From Lama guanicoe (taxonomy: Eukaryota): DNA of 64,000 nt. The position numbers and the translations under genes were made by a program. The stretch is taken from positions 4,256,167 through 4,320,166 of the forward strand of contig MU054001.1 in assembly GCA_013239625.1 (NCBI GenBank), in the 5' to 3' direction. Shown piece after piece: positions 13,350 to 25,900 of the stretch. The notes below the pieces were generated by a model. That model worked only from the letters and a program-made list of their open reading frames with translations, did not search any database and was not told the origin of the DNA. Position 1 is the stretch's first letter. Every line of letters begins with the position of its first letter.

Positions 13350-14070
13350 AAGAGCAAGACCGGGAAAGGGGGCGGGGAAAGGGCGGCTCCGCGGGCCTGG
13401 CGTGGGGGGTCGGTGGGCCCCGCACCTCTCCGCCGCTCCCGGGGCCAGGGAAGGCAGGCCGAGCGAGTTGCCCGCCTGCAGCAGCCCGACTCACACCCAC
13501 CCCTCCGCCCGGGTGCGGCCGGCCGGGCGCAAGCCGAGGAAGGACCCGGCCGGCGGGCGAGTCCCCGGGCCCCGAAGTGAGGCGCGCGCCCCCTCCGCCT
13601 GGCCGGCCCGCCGCGCCGCTCCCCGCCCGCGCCGCGCTCACCTGCCGCCGCCGCCGCCCCTCTCAGCTCCGCTCCCGCTCCCGCTCCGGCTGCCGCTGCC
13701 GCTGCCGCCGCCGCCCGAGTAGCCGCGCGGCCGCGGGCGGGATCCCGCTGTGCGGGCGGGGACGGCGGAGCGGCCGCAGGCGCCCCCCGCTGGCCGCCAG
13801 GCCCAGCCCCGAGCCCCGAGCCCCGAGCCCCGCGGCGGGGAGGGAGGGCGGCCCGACGCCTCGGCCCCGGTTCAGGCGCCGCGTGCCGCCACCCTGCTCG
13901 GTTTTCTCTAGAAACGCTGGAAACGCACAAACATCCCACCGCCGCCGCCCGCCTCCCCGCGCGGCTGTGAAAGCGCGCGGCCAGGCATCCTATTGGAACG
14001 TGAGCAGGAAATAAAACCTTTTAAAAACAGACTTTCTTCTTCAAAGTCACGCACGTGTTCGGACGAGCCA
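13350..14070. promoter_or_regulatory. ADCY7: CpG island promoter, probably of ADCY7
   Basis: Very GC/CpG-rich with several GGGCGG boxes, ATTGG (CCAAT box) 13992-13996 and E-box CACGTG 14052-14057; gene identity inferred only from conserved TENT4B-ADCY7 synteny. Confidence 0.75.
13642..13760 (-). other. ADCY7: Putative non-coding first exon of ADCY7 (5' end approximate)
   Basis: Strong minus-strand donor GGCAG|GTGAGC with the exon ending at 13642 inside the CpG island; same orientation as TENT4B; no ATG seen. Confidence 0.6.
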
Positions 14071-15738
14071 GGTGCAGCCCCACCCCCAGAGGGAAACACT
14101 TTCTAGCAAACTCTTTCAGCTGTTTCTGCTCCAGATTCCCACCCCACCCCTGCCAGCAACGCCCGTTTCTAGAAGGATCCCCAGACTGAGATCTAGTGCC
14201 CTCCTGCAAAGATGAGGGAAACTGAAGAAGTCGAAACCTACTGTCTCACTCGGGCCTTAAACTAGATGGTCCAGAGGTGGGAGCCACCCCAGCACCCGCC
14301 GGAGTCGGGCCTTTCTTGATGTCTTCTCTGGCACCAGGAAGACCAAGCCCGCCTCAGAAAGTAGTTGTCCTCAGAAAGTAGGTGTCGTAACCTCGTCTTG
14401 ACCCCACTCACTGCTGCCTAAAGCCAGGGTGGGGCCCCAGAGTTGGCAGCAAAAAAAAAAAAAAAAAAAAGGCACCCAGGCTGGGAAAGCAAGAAAGCAC
14501 TCCTCTGAGTCACCGCTGGGAGGGACAAAGGAGGCTGACTGAAGAGGTAATCAAGACCAGGAGGGCCTTTAACTCATAGACCTTTCTGAGTTTCTCGCTT
14601 CCCACATGTCCAAAACGGATGCCCACTGTGGTAGCCAGGGGTTCCCACTTTGCTGAGAGGAACCAGGTGAGCATCTGTTACACCCATTTCTCAGGTCCAA
14701 CTTCAGAGGCCCTAGCCAGAACCCCACAGGAAAGATTCCTGGGAATCTGCTGTTTAACGAGCCCCCGGGGTGATCCTATGACAAGCAGGTTGATGAACTC
14801 CATTTGGAACCCTGTGGTGGAATCCTGGAGCCAGGTACCCCAGCTTATCCCAGAGAGAAGAGATCCTGGGTGTGTCACAGCCTCGACCCCCTGCAGTGAG
14901 CCCACAGCCCGGCACAGAGGCCAGGTACTCTGGAACTGTTATGAGGAATCAGATGATGGGAGGCTGGAAGGTGAAAATCTGATTTCAATTCCACGTGGCG
15001 AGTGGGAAGATCCCAGCTGAGACTTCTGTCCCTCAGCAGCAAGCCCTCTCTGATCCCCCAGAGATGGGTCAGGCTCCTCCTCTGGGCTCCCTCAGCCTCT
15101 GGGTGTCCAGATGGTGGCCCTTGGCCCTCTGGGCTGGAGCCCTGGAGAGGACACTGCTGCTTCCCAAGGGCTCACAGGGGAAGGACTCCCCAGCAGCTAG
15201 AACTTCACTCCACGGGAAATGGGAAGTACTGCAGCCTAAAGACCCTCCTCAAAAGAGCCAACTTGGGAACTGGGCCCCGCCTGCCTCCCACAGCCCCGCC
15301 CCCTCAGCCAAGCACAAAGTGAGCGGACCCACCTGTTTGCCCCAAGGCCACAGGAATAGTGAGTGCTTCAGCCCCGAGGTGGTGTGTTCTGCGGGTGGAG
15401 GTCAGCCTTGGAGAGTGAAGTGGAGCCCTGGGCATGGATGGAATGGCCCCGCTAGGACCTGAGCGCTCAGCACGCTCTCCACTGGCCTCTCTGAGCAGAG
15501 TGCTAGAAGCCCTCAGCCCTTTGCAATGTGTGTGTGGAGCGAGGAGCGATGCTATGACTTCCCACCCTGTCATGTGTGTGTCACGAACAACTCTTCTGAG
15601 AGCAGACAGGAAAGCAGAGTTGGAGAAAGTGAGTTAAACATGACATTTGCATCAGTGTTCACCATTAACTGTCAGGATACCTCCACCACCCCGTTCTGCA
15701 CTGTGGTCACCTCAGGGGCAATCACCTCAGTCCTCAGT

Positions 15739-15911
15739 CAGAGATTCTCAAACTGTAGCTAGTATCAGAACCCCCCAGAGGCCTGGTGAAAACGCACACC
15801 GCAGGGTTCCACTTCGAGTTTCTGAAGCAGCAGGTCTGGCGCGGTCACCAAGACTTTTACCTTCTATCCGGCTCCCAGGTGATGAGGATGCTTCTGGTTC
15901 TTAGGCACTGG
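15739..15911. mobile_element. MER5-like hAT DNA transposon
   Basis: CAGAGATTCTCAAACT...ATCAGAA...CTCCCAGGTGATG hallmarks; boundaries approximate. Confidence 0.6.
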
Positions 15912-16999
15912 TCTCCAGGTATGGTTGGATCCTACTCCCAAAGAGTCTGATCCTGGGGTGGGTCTGCGAACATGCGTTACTAAAAAGCCCAAGTGAGTTT
16001 AGTTAGTGACAAGGATGGCATTTGAAATCAATACCAAAGGAGTGACTTCTTCAATGCATAGTGTCGGATGAATTGGCTACCACTGAGGCAAAACTAATAG
16101 ATAGCACCTCACACCAGACTGAAACAACAGCATTAACATCAACAGCCAACCCAAAGTTTAAAGATCTTTGTGTATGAAGACAAACCTTGTAAAAGAAGAT
16201 ATTTTAGTACGGGTTTGGAGTGGAGAAGACTGCATAGGAAATCAGATCCACACTGAAGTGCTGCAGTTAAAGGTTTGTCTCTATCCAGGTGAGGGGACTC
16301 TCCAAATGTCCACACCTAGTATGTTAGTGATGTTCATCATCCACTGTGTTGAAAACCTCCAGAGCACGTTTGCCTGAAGACTCCCTTGTTAACCGCCCGA
16401 GGGGCAGCGTCCCCCACGGAGGGCCAGCGTGTGCTGCTGGAGAATGATCAGCAGTTGTTGCCTGAATGGATTTCTGTGATAGGCAGCAGTTCAGGGGCCT
16501 TGTTTCACTTGTGTAGGGAGAAGATTCAAAAATCTAAAATAAATCACCACAACAGAAGCTATGATTCGCTCATCTCAGTGAACTCAACCCTTCTCTTTAG
16601 CAGGCTAAGCAGGGCAGCATACAAGCTTCCCGAGGCTTCAGTCCTGAGGTTTACAACTTCTTCGCTCATCGCCGCATGGCGCAGCGCTAGCCTTCCCAGC
16701 CAGGTGGTCCTTATTCCTTACCCCTGGGGAAGAAGGAGCTTCCTCCTTGCCCTCACTCCCTCCAGCAGTGCCTTGCTTGGACAGATGCCATGTGAGTACC
16801 TGTGGACGGGCTATGCAGCTGTGGATGTTAGAAAGGGAATACATGTGTCACAGTATAAAAATGAAACAATCCAAAGATGTGAAGGACTGGAACTCTCTCC
16901 TCTCCTTCATGCCACTCCCTGAGATTGATTTGTTCTCAATGTTTGGGGCTTACTCTTTCTACATCCTTCTCCCTGGCAACCCAATTTTACATTAGAAAA

Positions 17000-19230
17000 C
17001 TCGCCAAAGCAAATCATGCCATACACCTTAAACTTACACAGTGCTGTATGTCAGTCATAGCTCAATGAAACGGGAAAAAATAACTGTCCAGAAAAGATGG
17101 TGTATGAACCCGTCATCTACTGCTGCTGCCTCCTTAAAGCCACTAAAACAGCAATGAAAGGACTTTTTTAAGGACTGAAGAATGGAGAAAATGAAAGGGG
17201 AAGTAAGCAATACGAATTTGGAAGGTGGAAGGCAAGTGGACCAGTGGTACTGACTTGGCAGACAGAAGAAACTGAATCCTTCACTGACAGCTGGGAAAAC
17301 TAAGACTCAGTGCCAGTTACACTGGAGTAAGCTCCAAAGTCTGAGAAAGGCGAAGTGCCAGGTATCACAGGAAGCAGGGTAGAGCTCAAGGAAAGGAGGT
17401 AGGTTGGAAACCTAAGATGCAGTTAAGAGTGCCACTTCTCCCCCATCCCTCACCACCACCACCCAGCTGAGTAAATGCCCATCCCCACCCAAGCAGAAGC
17501 TAAAGGGTTTTTCTCTGGAAAAGCTAGAATAGAGAGTCTCTGGATTAGACCACACCAAGCCCAGCTGTAGGAAAAGAGGAATTTAAAAGGCAGATTTATA
17601 CAGGAAGCTGAGACATACCCTACCCACACCCCCAAGCCAGCCCTCTTCCCCGGGGACTCAGCCAGCTCCCAGGATGTTGGCAGCCAGACCTTTATTCCCA
17701 GGCTGGAGGGATTCTCTGAGGAATCCCTGAAGATCCTCTCGTCCCCCCAACCAAGTCTGATCACCCTGAGAGAAGCACACAGCTGGCTGCCACCCTGAGT
17801 CCAGAGCATCCCACGAGCTTGTTAGGTCCCATTTGTACACATGTGCAGGCAACCAGAAAACACCAGGAGTCCAAGGAAAGCCTCTAACCCAAAAAACAAG
17901 ACAAGAAATGGGGAACAAGAGTTCACAGAGACTACACAACCAGACAAAAACTGTTAATAATATTAATATCTTTAGAGATTCAAAAAATACAACCATGAAA
18001 TCAAACAGGATACTATTTCTAACAAGGAACATCTAAGGACAGAAGAAAAAAAAAGAAACTCATGAAAAACATGATAGCAGAAATGAAAAGCCAACAGAAG
18101 AGTTGGAAAATAAAATTGAATATAAAGTCAGAGTGGAAAATAGGGAAGAAGAGATAAGAAAGCAAGAGATTGGTCCAGGAGACCCAATATCTGAATAATT
18201 GTGGAGGTCCTGAGAAAACAGAAAGGTGGAAAATAAAAATAAGAATTCAAGATTTCCCAGTCATAAAGGCTATGCAATGCAGTTCCAGATCGGAAGGGTC
18301 TCTACCATCTAGTGCCCAGTATAACAGACAGAAACAGAACCACTTACTTTCAATAGTAGTGAAATTTTAGACCATTAGGAATCAAAGATCCTAAACATTT
18401 CAAGAAAGAAAGAAAGAAAAAGTTACACTAGCTTTTCTCATAACAACAACGGGAGTGATGAAGAAATGTTTTCAAATTTGGAAAGGAAAATATTTCCCAA
18501 CCCAGAATTCTATACCCAGCTAAACTATCAGTTGAGCATAAATGAAGAACAAAGACATTTCAGATGTGTACTGGCCATGCACCCTTTCTCAGGAAGCTAC
18601 TGGGTGATGTGCGCTGATGAAAGGAGAGAGTTTAAACACGGGATACATGAAGGGAACATCCAGGTGGAGGCTGCAGAGACCAGGGTGACATGTGTACAGG
18701 CACAGCTGGCCAGAAACTGCAGGAGAGACACGTGTGAAAAGACAAAAGGGATAAAATAACTAACCCATCCGAGTGTTTGAGGTGGCTTAGAAAATTGGCA
18801 GAGTTTGGGGTGACTTCACATGGAAAACTAAAAACAAAAAACTCCAAAAAAGCCCCCCCCAAAAGACGCAGAAACAGGAGTCATATTTCAGCATACAGCT
18901 GAATGGGTAAGAACAGCATGTACACAGTCAGAGTAAAATAACCACTGTGTATCATTCTAAACAAAATCCAGTACAACTGTGTTGGGAACTCGGGGCACAG
19001 AAGGTCAGGGGTGGTGGGAAGTCAACACATAATTTCAAGACCAAAAAAAAAAATAATTTCAAGAACAAAAAAGTCAAGAAGTGGCATTAGAGGTATATTA
19101 TTTAGAGACATGGAGGTAAACTCTCCACGCCCCCTCCACCCCTCCCAAAAAAACCCACCAAAAGTCGGGAGTGGATAGGGAGAAAGCAGAGGAAGGGAAG
19201 GGGAGAGAACTTGGTTTTAAACTATAACAA
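17000..19230 (+). mobile_element. Highly decayed old L1 segments
   Basis: A-rich plus strand with ORF1-like remnants (CCCAGAATTCTATACCCAGCTAAACTATCA); boundaries approximate. Confidence 0.5.
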
Positions 19231-19777
19231 AACTGCTGTTCTCCTCCATCCACCTGCTTTGCACTTTCTTGACAGGGCCCAGCCGGATTCCCCAGGGTCC
19301 CCTTGTGCCGGCCTGGCCGCTTTGCACCCCTGTCTGCACAGGCTGTTCTGGGTCACCTTTTTCCCATCACTTGGGTCTCCCTGTGGAGATGTCTTGCCTA
19401 CTTAGATGAAAGCATTTTTCTTGAATTGGATTTTAAAAAACATAGATGCGTGAAGATAACGTTTCAGCTACTTTGAGTGCTTGCACAAAGTCACATTCCT
19501 GAAGATAGCTGCTGAGTGATTGAAGTACGAAAGTGGTTTGCAACCCATATTTAGCAATGGCTCTTTTGAAAATTGATACACCATTTGATTAGGCCACTTG
19601 ATACCTTTAACTCTCTCCTTTTATTTTAATGTTGGCATTAAACACCAACATTTTTATCTCTAATGGGCTTCTCTTCAACATTTTAATCTTGTTTTCAAAT
19701 AGTAGTTACTTGCTTCAGAAACACACTTAACATAAATTTAGGGCATTTCCCAGATTATTTCCCATATTAGTTTGGAT

Positions 19778-20216
19778 TGTTGACAAAAAAAAATTAATAA
19801 TCAATCTAAGAAAGAAATGGTAAATTTTATTCGCGCCAAACTGAAGATTATAACCCAGTGGACATCCTGTCAGAGAGCTCTGGGAACTCTTCTGAAGAGG
19901 CAAGGGGGGCGGTCAGTTTATATGCGATTCTGGCGAAGGGGCTATGTGCACTCAAGCACACATCTTGATAGAAGGTTGCTGCTGGCCATGAGGAGCAAAC
20001 ATCTTAGTTCATGGTTTTCTAAGCATGGGAAAATGGAAGAAACCGGGTTCATAAACTTTTCCCCTGAAAATATCTATCTGAGGGCCAGGCTGTCAGTTTT
20101 CCCAGAGCACAGTGTGCCTCGTCCTGATCCTCACCCTGAGCTCCTTTCGGGTGTAATGGAGCTCAGCAGCCGCAGTACCTAATGACTTGATGGTGGGCAG
20201 CATTCTTTATTTTACA
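19778..20216 (-). mobile_element. ERV 3' LTR (about 439 bp)
   Basis: Minus strand reads TGTAAAATAAAG...AATAAA...TTTTGTCAACA with TG/CA termini; purine tract GAAAGGCAAGGG immediately upstream. Confidence 0.7.
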
Positions 20217-21011
20217 ACCCCTTGCCTTTCGGTCTTAATTTTGACCAAGGTTTGGGAGGCATTTCATAACCAATTTGTCCCATGGCGCTAAGAATGCTCA
20301 TCCCCAGGTCAAGCGAGGATTTCATTGACAGGCCACTCATGTTACTGGACAGTTAACAGTAGCCAGAACCTCTGGACCACTAGTCTCACTAGTCTGTTAC
20401 GGTCCACGAAGTGGTTCCCTCTTGTTGCTTCGTCCTGTATCTAGAGTTACACTATTATAATCACTATCTTATAGAACTATATATTCGATCGATTGTTTCA
20501 AGTTGCCTAAATCATCATCAATTTTATCTGAGGCTCAGTCACACATTTGGTATTGCAAGAAACAATAATCTTGTAAAATAGGCAGAATATAAGTAATATA
20601 GCTAGTAACATGAATAAAGTCATAAATATTAAGGAACTTCCATTAGGTGCAGCCCAGTATCTCCCCAGGTCAACTGCCCAGTCTGCTCTGCACCAATCAC
20701 TGTCTTTACGGAACATGCTGTATTGGCATTGTACATTAAATTCACCAAAGACATCTGCACGTACAAGGTTATTGTGATCCTTCACAGGATTGAGAAAGGG
20801 ATGTTGTCTTCAAAGGAAGGACATGGCTGGCACCAGAAGGAGAAAAACTGATCTTTATGGTTCGGCAGGTATTTCTGCCATTAAGGAAGTCTCATTAACA
20901 TAAAATGCAGATGCATAATGTACATTACAGGGGAGGGAGGAGGCCCAAATGAGCATAGAAAAAAATTTATGTTTACATTTTTCTTGTCTTAAAATGCGAA
21001 CTTTCATTTCA
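20217..21011 (-). mobile_element. ERV internal remnant with env-TM-like ORF (20507-20785)
   Basis: Adjoins the polypurine tract and LTR; ORF has hydrophobic LIFMTLFMLLAILLIFCLFY; right boundary uncertain. Confidence 0.5.
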
Positions 21012-22939
21012 CCAGTGTTTTCAAATGATTTTTTTAGACAAGCAAGAATTATAAAGCATTTTTCTTATAAAGCGAACAATGGTCCCAATTTAAAAGTCAA
21101 AGTTGTTGCATCCCTAAGCTCACCTAGTAAATACAGAGCATCTCGTTTTCCACAATCACTTAGTGAGAGCCTGAGAAAAGTGATTTCAAGGGAAGTAATC
21201 TCCTAAAAAAATGATCGCTCCTAAGGATTAGGGACATCACCGCCTGGAATTTCCCACAGCTACTGTTCATCTTCTTTTCCTAACAAAATTTTCCAGCGGA
21301 TATTCCCAATAAAATCTAAGGCAGTTTTCTGCCTTCTCTTGACCCAAATAGCTGGATTCTTTTTCTCGCCTGAGTTCCCTCTCAGATGATTCATTCTACT
21401 TTAAAGGCAGATCAGATATTTTTAGACAGAATTTTATAGTTGTTGTTGCTGCAATTATTGAAGGGTCTTAAAAGATTTAGAGGGCAGGTAGTGGACAGCG
21501 ATCAATGCAACTAATATTCTTTCATCAATTTTGCCAAAGGCAATTTTTTAAAAAGTGGAAATACAGAAAAAGTAGCAGAGTGTAGTTTCAGATGACCATG
21601 TTGCATTTATAAGTTAAATCCTAGCAAAAATCATCCAAAAGCAATTCATGAAAATTCACCCAAAAGAAGATAAAGCGGGGGAAACTTTTTTCCCTCAGTA
21701 AAAGCTATCAAATAGTAATACTTTATAAAAAACCCCTATTCAAGTTGAGCTGAAAAGTGCTGGATGTTTCATAAGTGCTTATTAGCTTATAAGGCCTTGG
21801 GGTATCTGACGTGTGAATTTACCACAGCCACTTGCAAGCAGAAGTCAGCATCATAAAAAGGAACGAAGCAGAGCTGCACCTCTACTGACGTGGAGAGATC
21901 TCTCCATGTGGTAGAGGAGTAGCAGAGTAATGCAGAAAGATACCACTTACGTAAACGGGGAAAAGCCCCCCTAAAATTATATTTGCACAGATACGTTTAT
22001 GTATGAAAATGCATTTCTGAAAATTTACAAGTGTACACCCCAAGATATTAAAGCAGCTAGCTCTAGGGAGCTAAGTGGGATTGAGGGGAGGGATCTAGCT
22101 CCTCTTATTTAAATATTTACATATTACTTACATTGCTTCAGAATGGAACATACATTCACGTATTAGTTGAGAAATTAAGTAAATTCACTGCGTCTGGGTA
22201 GATGGACAAAGCTGTCCTGTACATTCAGTTCATTTCTTAATTTACCATTTGAGAAATTTCTGGGATGCTATTTAACAGGATTCTATCTTTTTGCTTTTTG
22301 AAACAGAACATCTCCAGTAAGTGTGTAAGAGGTAGGCAGGAGAAATCGGGCTGGAGTGGGCAGGCTGGTTTTACCAGCCAGTTATCTACAGACTGTCTAG
22401 CTGCTCTTCACCCGAAACCATGCTTGTAATTATCCAGAAGCAAACTATCTGGGGTTTTCCCCACCATTCAGTTGCGTCCCAGGCAAGCACCATTGGTCCA
22501 AGCCATAGGACTGCTGGTTCAGCTCCCTGAGTGAGAATTCTGAAAACATGCTTTAGTTGCACTTGATTATTAACCCTGCTTCTCTCTGTTCTTTGGAGAA
22601 CCAACATTTTCATTGCTCTATTGCAGCCGTCTGTGTAACCTGCTCCATGAACAGAAGGTAAGGTATCTCAATTTCTTAGTAAAGCGAGCACAACCTCTTA
22701 CATTAAAGCAAAGGATAAAACTGGGTTGGTACTCGCAAATAACCAAATTCCAGGGAGCCGGTTTCCACAGTCTCACACTGGCAGTGGGGAGGCCAAAAGG
22801 ATGTCTTTGGCAAAAAAAATAAATAAATAAATCTTAAAGCTATCTCCCACTCCACTGCTGGCATTAAAAAGGAAGAAAACCCACAGGAACGCTCTCCATA
22901 TAGGTACAAGAAAACCTCTATCAGTCTAAATAGGGCTGT

Positions 22940-25900
22940 CCTTAGAATTACAAGATACTTTTTATTTTTTTAAGTAGTCATTCAAATTTTACATAAAGGC
23001 TCATACCAGAGGGTTTGAAGATAAATCAAAGCACAAAGCCTTTATTAAACTGCAGATTATGAATAATAAACCCAATGGTAAGCACTGGGGGCAGATGTAC
23101 GTAGAAATGCAATTTATAAAATTTTCAAGGCAAACAATTGACATCTTTGAAGAAATCGTTAGCTTAAAAAAAAATAAAAAAAGCTTCCAGGTGTGCAATT
23201 CATTCACAGCATTGGTAACTGGTGCCCAGTGATATGACCTCAGGAAATGTTGAGATTTCATAAATCATTTGTATCAAATCTCTTTTTTCTGGTAAATTCC
23301 TTAGTGCCTCTGCAGCGGTAACTAGACAAGATTGGAAAGCTTTCAAGATGATTCAAACCTCCAGCACCTCACAGGAGTCCGCATTTCTTAACACAGAAGG
23401 CAATGCTAATCAAAGAAGGAAATAAATAAAAAGGTTATTTAAAACAAACACTGGGTTATTACACTTCTAAACATATGTATCTATGTATATTCCACTAAAA
23501 AATGTTTATCTCAACAGTCCTTCACATTTCATATCCAGAAACGGCACTGGCTGTCACCTAACTTTTCCGCTTTTAACGACCATAAGATGGTGCTTTTTAG
23601 TACTGAGTACAGTGTGAAGTCTCTGATATTTGCAACAAGTCGTTGAATTGTTTTAGGATCACATGACTTTCAAAAGACTTTTTTTAAAAAAGTGACTGAA
23701 AACTTTTAAAATCAGAGGGGGGGGGATCTTAAATTTCGGAGATTAAGTTTAGGGACAAAGAGACATACTGTAAGTTGCAACCAAATAAAAGGTAATAATG
23801 AAATGATTTCGGGAACAGCTATGAATTGCAAGAACCCAAGCGGAAAGGTGAAGATACACTTAAACTCAAAAAATGTGGCTGATAACCTAAAATCTCACTC
23901 TTTTTAAAAGGTATGGCTGACAAATCCATGAGACAGGGACTAAATCTCACCAAGCGTTAGGGAACACTTCTCCTAGGCCTGTTTCTTCTCTTCCCACCCA
24001 CCCGGCCAGGGGGGGAACTACCAGCCTGTTTACTTCATAGCCTCTTATTACCACAGCATCTGTAAGGTACAACACCACTCCTAACAAATCCATCCAGACC
24101 GTTTCCTTAGTGGAGACCTTCCCTGTAATCAGGCCACGAAGAAGTCGTTGCAGTGAGAAGTAGCCACAGCTGTGTGGACCCAAGAGGACTTCATTTAAAA
24201 TGCAAAATTAAGATGATGTGCAAACACCAATAAACACGCGCTGTGCTGACATACACAAAACAGGAGAACAGCTGACTTCCGTGTCAGTGCCTGTTCTTAC
24301 TCACATAGCTAACATTGCTCTCAGTAAATCCCGAAAACACCTCGTTTATAGGCGTCAAAGGGGATATGCTGTCTCCAGCTCTCTGGTTTAACCTCTTTCT
24401 TAAAAGTGTTACCTCCTTCAGGCTAGTAGACTGGGCTAAACTTACTAAGGCCCATGCTCAAGCAGAAAAAAGGAAAAGCCAAATACTGAAAAAATTAAAA
24501 ACAAAAAACCAACCTGACATGGGTAAAACAAACATTAGCACATTTGCAGTTTATTAGCTAAAAACCATCCTTAAGTATTTAACTCTGGAGATCAAACAGA
24601 TCAGCGGACTTTAAAAGCGATTCCTCGGATTAGTCATTTTGTCAGCATTCAACTTATACAGATATTTAGTTCACTAACTTTGATGGAAAAAAAAAGTTGC
24701 TTAAGGTGTAAAGTCAAGACAGCTCAAAAGATAGTTGAGAAAAAGGCTTCTGGGTTATGTAGAGTTTACAGGTCATGCAAATAACCTCTGTGGTAAATGT
24801 GGCTTGTTTCTTAGTTATGTTAAATATCAAGTAGCATATTAAAATCTGTTCTTTAACGTTTAGCCTGCCCATAAATGTTGTGACAAAATGGCAGGCAGTT
24901 AAAGCGTCCTGAGGTCTGGAAGCCGAGGCGAGAAGACACCGCTTCCGAGGACTCGCCTATACTTCTGTCCCCACTTCAATGCTACCTTGTTCTTACATAT
25001 TTCGCTAGACGAAAATCAGGGTAAAGAGAACTATTAAATATAACTTTCCTACTCAATGAAGTTCAACAGCATCATTTATAGAATGTTTTGCTCGCAAAAC
25101 ACTTTATGAGAATGTTGCTTTTCACTAATTCAGTTTAATGAGAGCAAAAACTGATGAGCATAAACTCTTGTTATTTTTAATATTTTAATATCGATCACAG
25201 CAAAATTGGGAATAACTTTTTAAACTTTACCATTTAATGTTTGAAAAGTTAATTGAGAAGCAACTAATTTCCTATCAACATTCCTAGTTAGTGACTGAAA
25301 CACTAAGAAATCAATAGGATTTAATAACTGAAGGAACTGATCTGTTTCAAACTGCATAGATCAATATTAAATTGAGAAGATGCATCACGAACAGTAAAGA
25401 AAAAATCAGCAAAACTTATCAATAATACCCAATAATGGTGATTTCTAGGGATTTCTACAGAGCCACCTAGATAAGTACACCCTAGTCCCTGGGGAGGTCT
25501 TTGCAATGAATGTATGTCACAGAATAGGGTCCTGCAGCTCTGAGCAGTCATACTGTCCTGTGACTCACCTATAGGTCAGAAACCCCAAACACTTAACCAT
25601 GGGTTAAAGCAAACACAGTGCACACTTACCATGTGGGGGGAGGGGATGAAAAGCAAACACATGGAGATATAAGACTCCAGAGGAAAAAGACTAATAAAAA
25701 TGCTCTCCCTACCGCACATGTTTTGTTCTGTGAAGACTTTATCCGCGAATATCTGGAGCCAAAGCAAATAACCTAAATATTAATGAGAAACTCAAGATAC
25801 CAGTAAAGGTAAAACACTCAGAACAGGACAAAAATATAATATGATCAACTGTTGAAGACCAGAGGGCAACTACATGTAAAACCAGCAGCTCTCACAGATC

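Noticed and set aside
13061..14014. Long overlapping ORFs (292, 285 and 173 aa)
   Set aside because: Low-complexity Pro/Arg/Ala/Gly translations on both strands are expected from stop-poor CpG-island DNA; no recognisable domain
14449..14470. Poly-A run as the tail of a retro-insert
   Set aside because: No convincing TSD or upstream AATAAA; treated as a simple homopolymer
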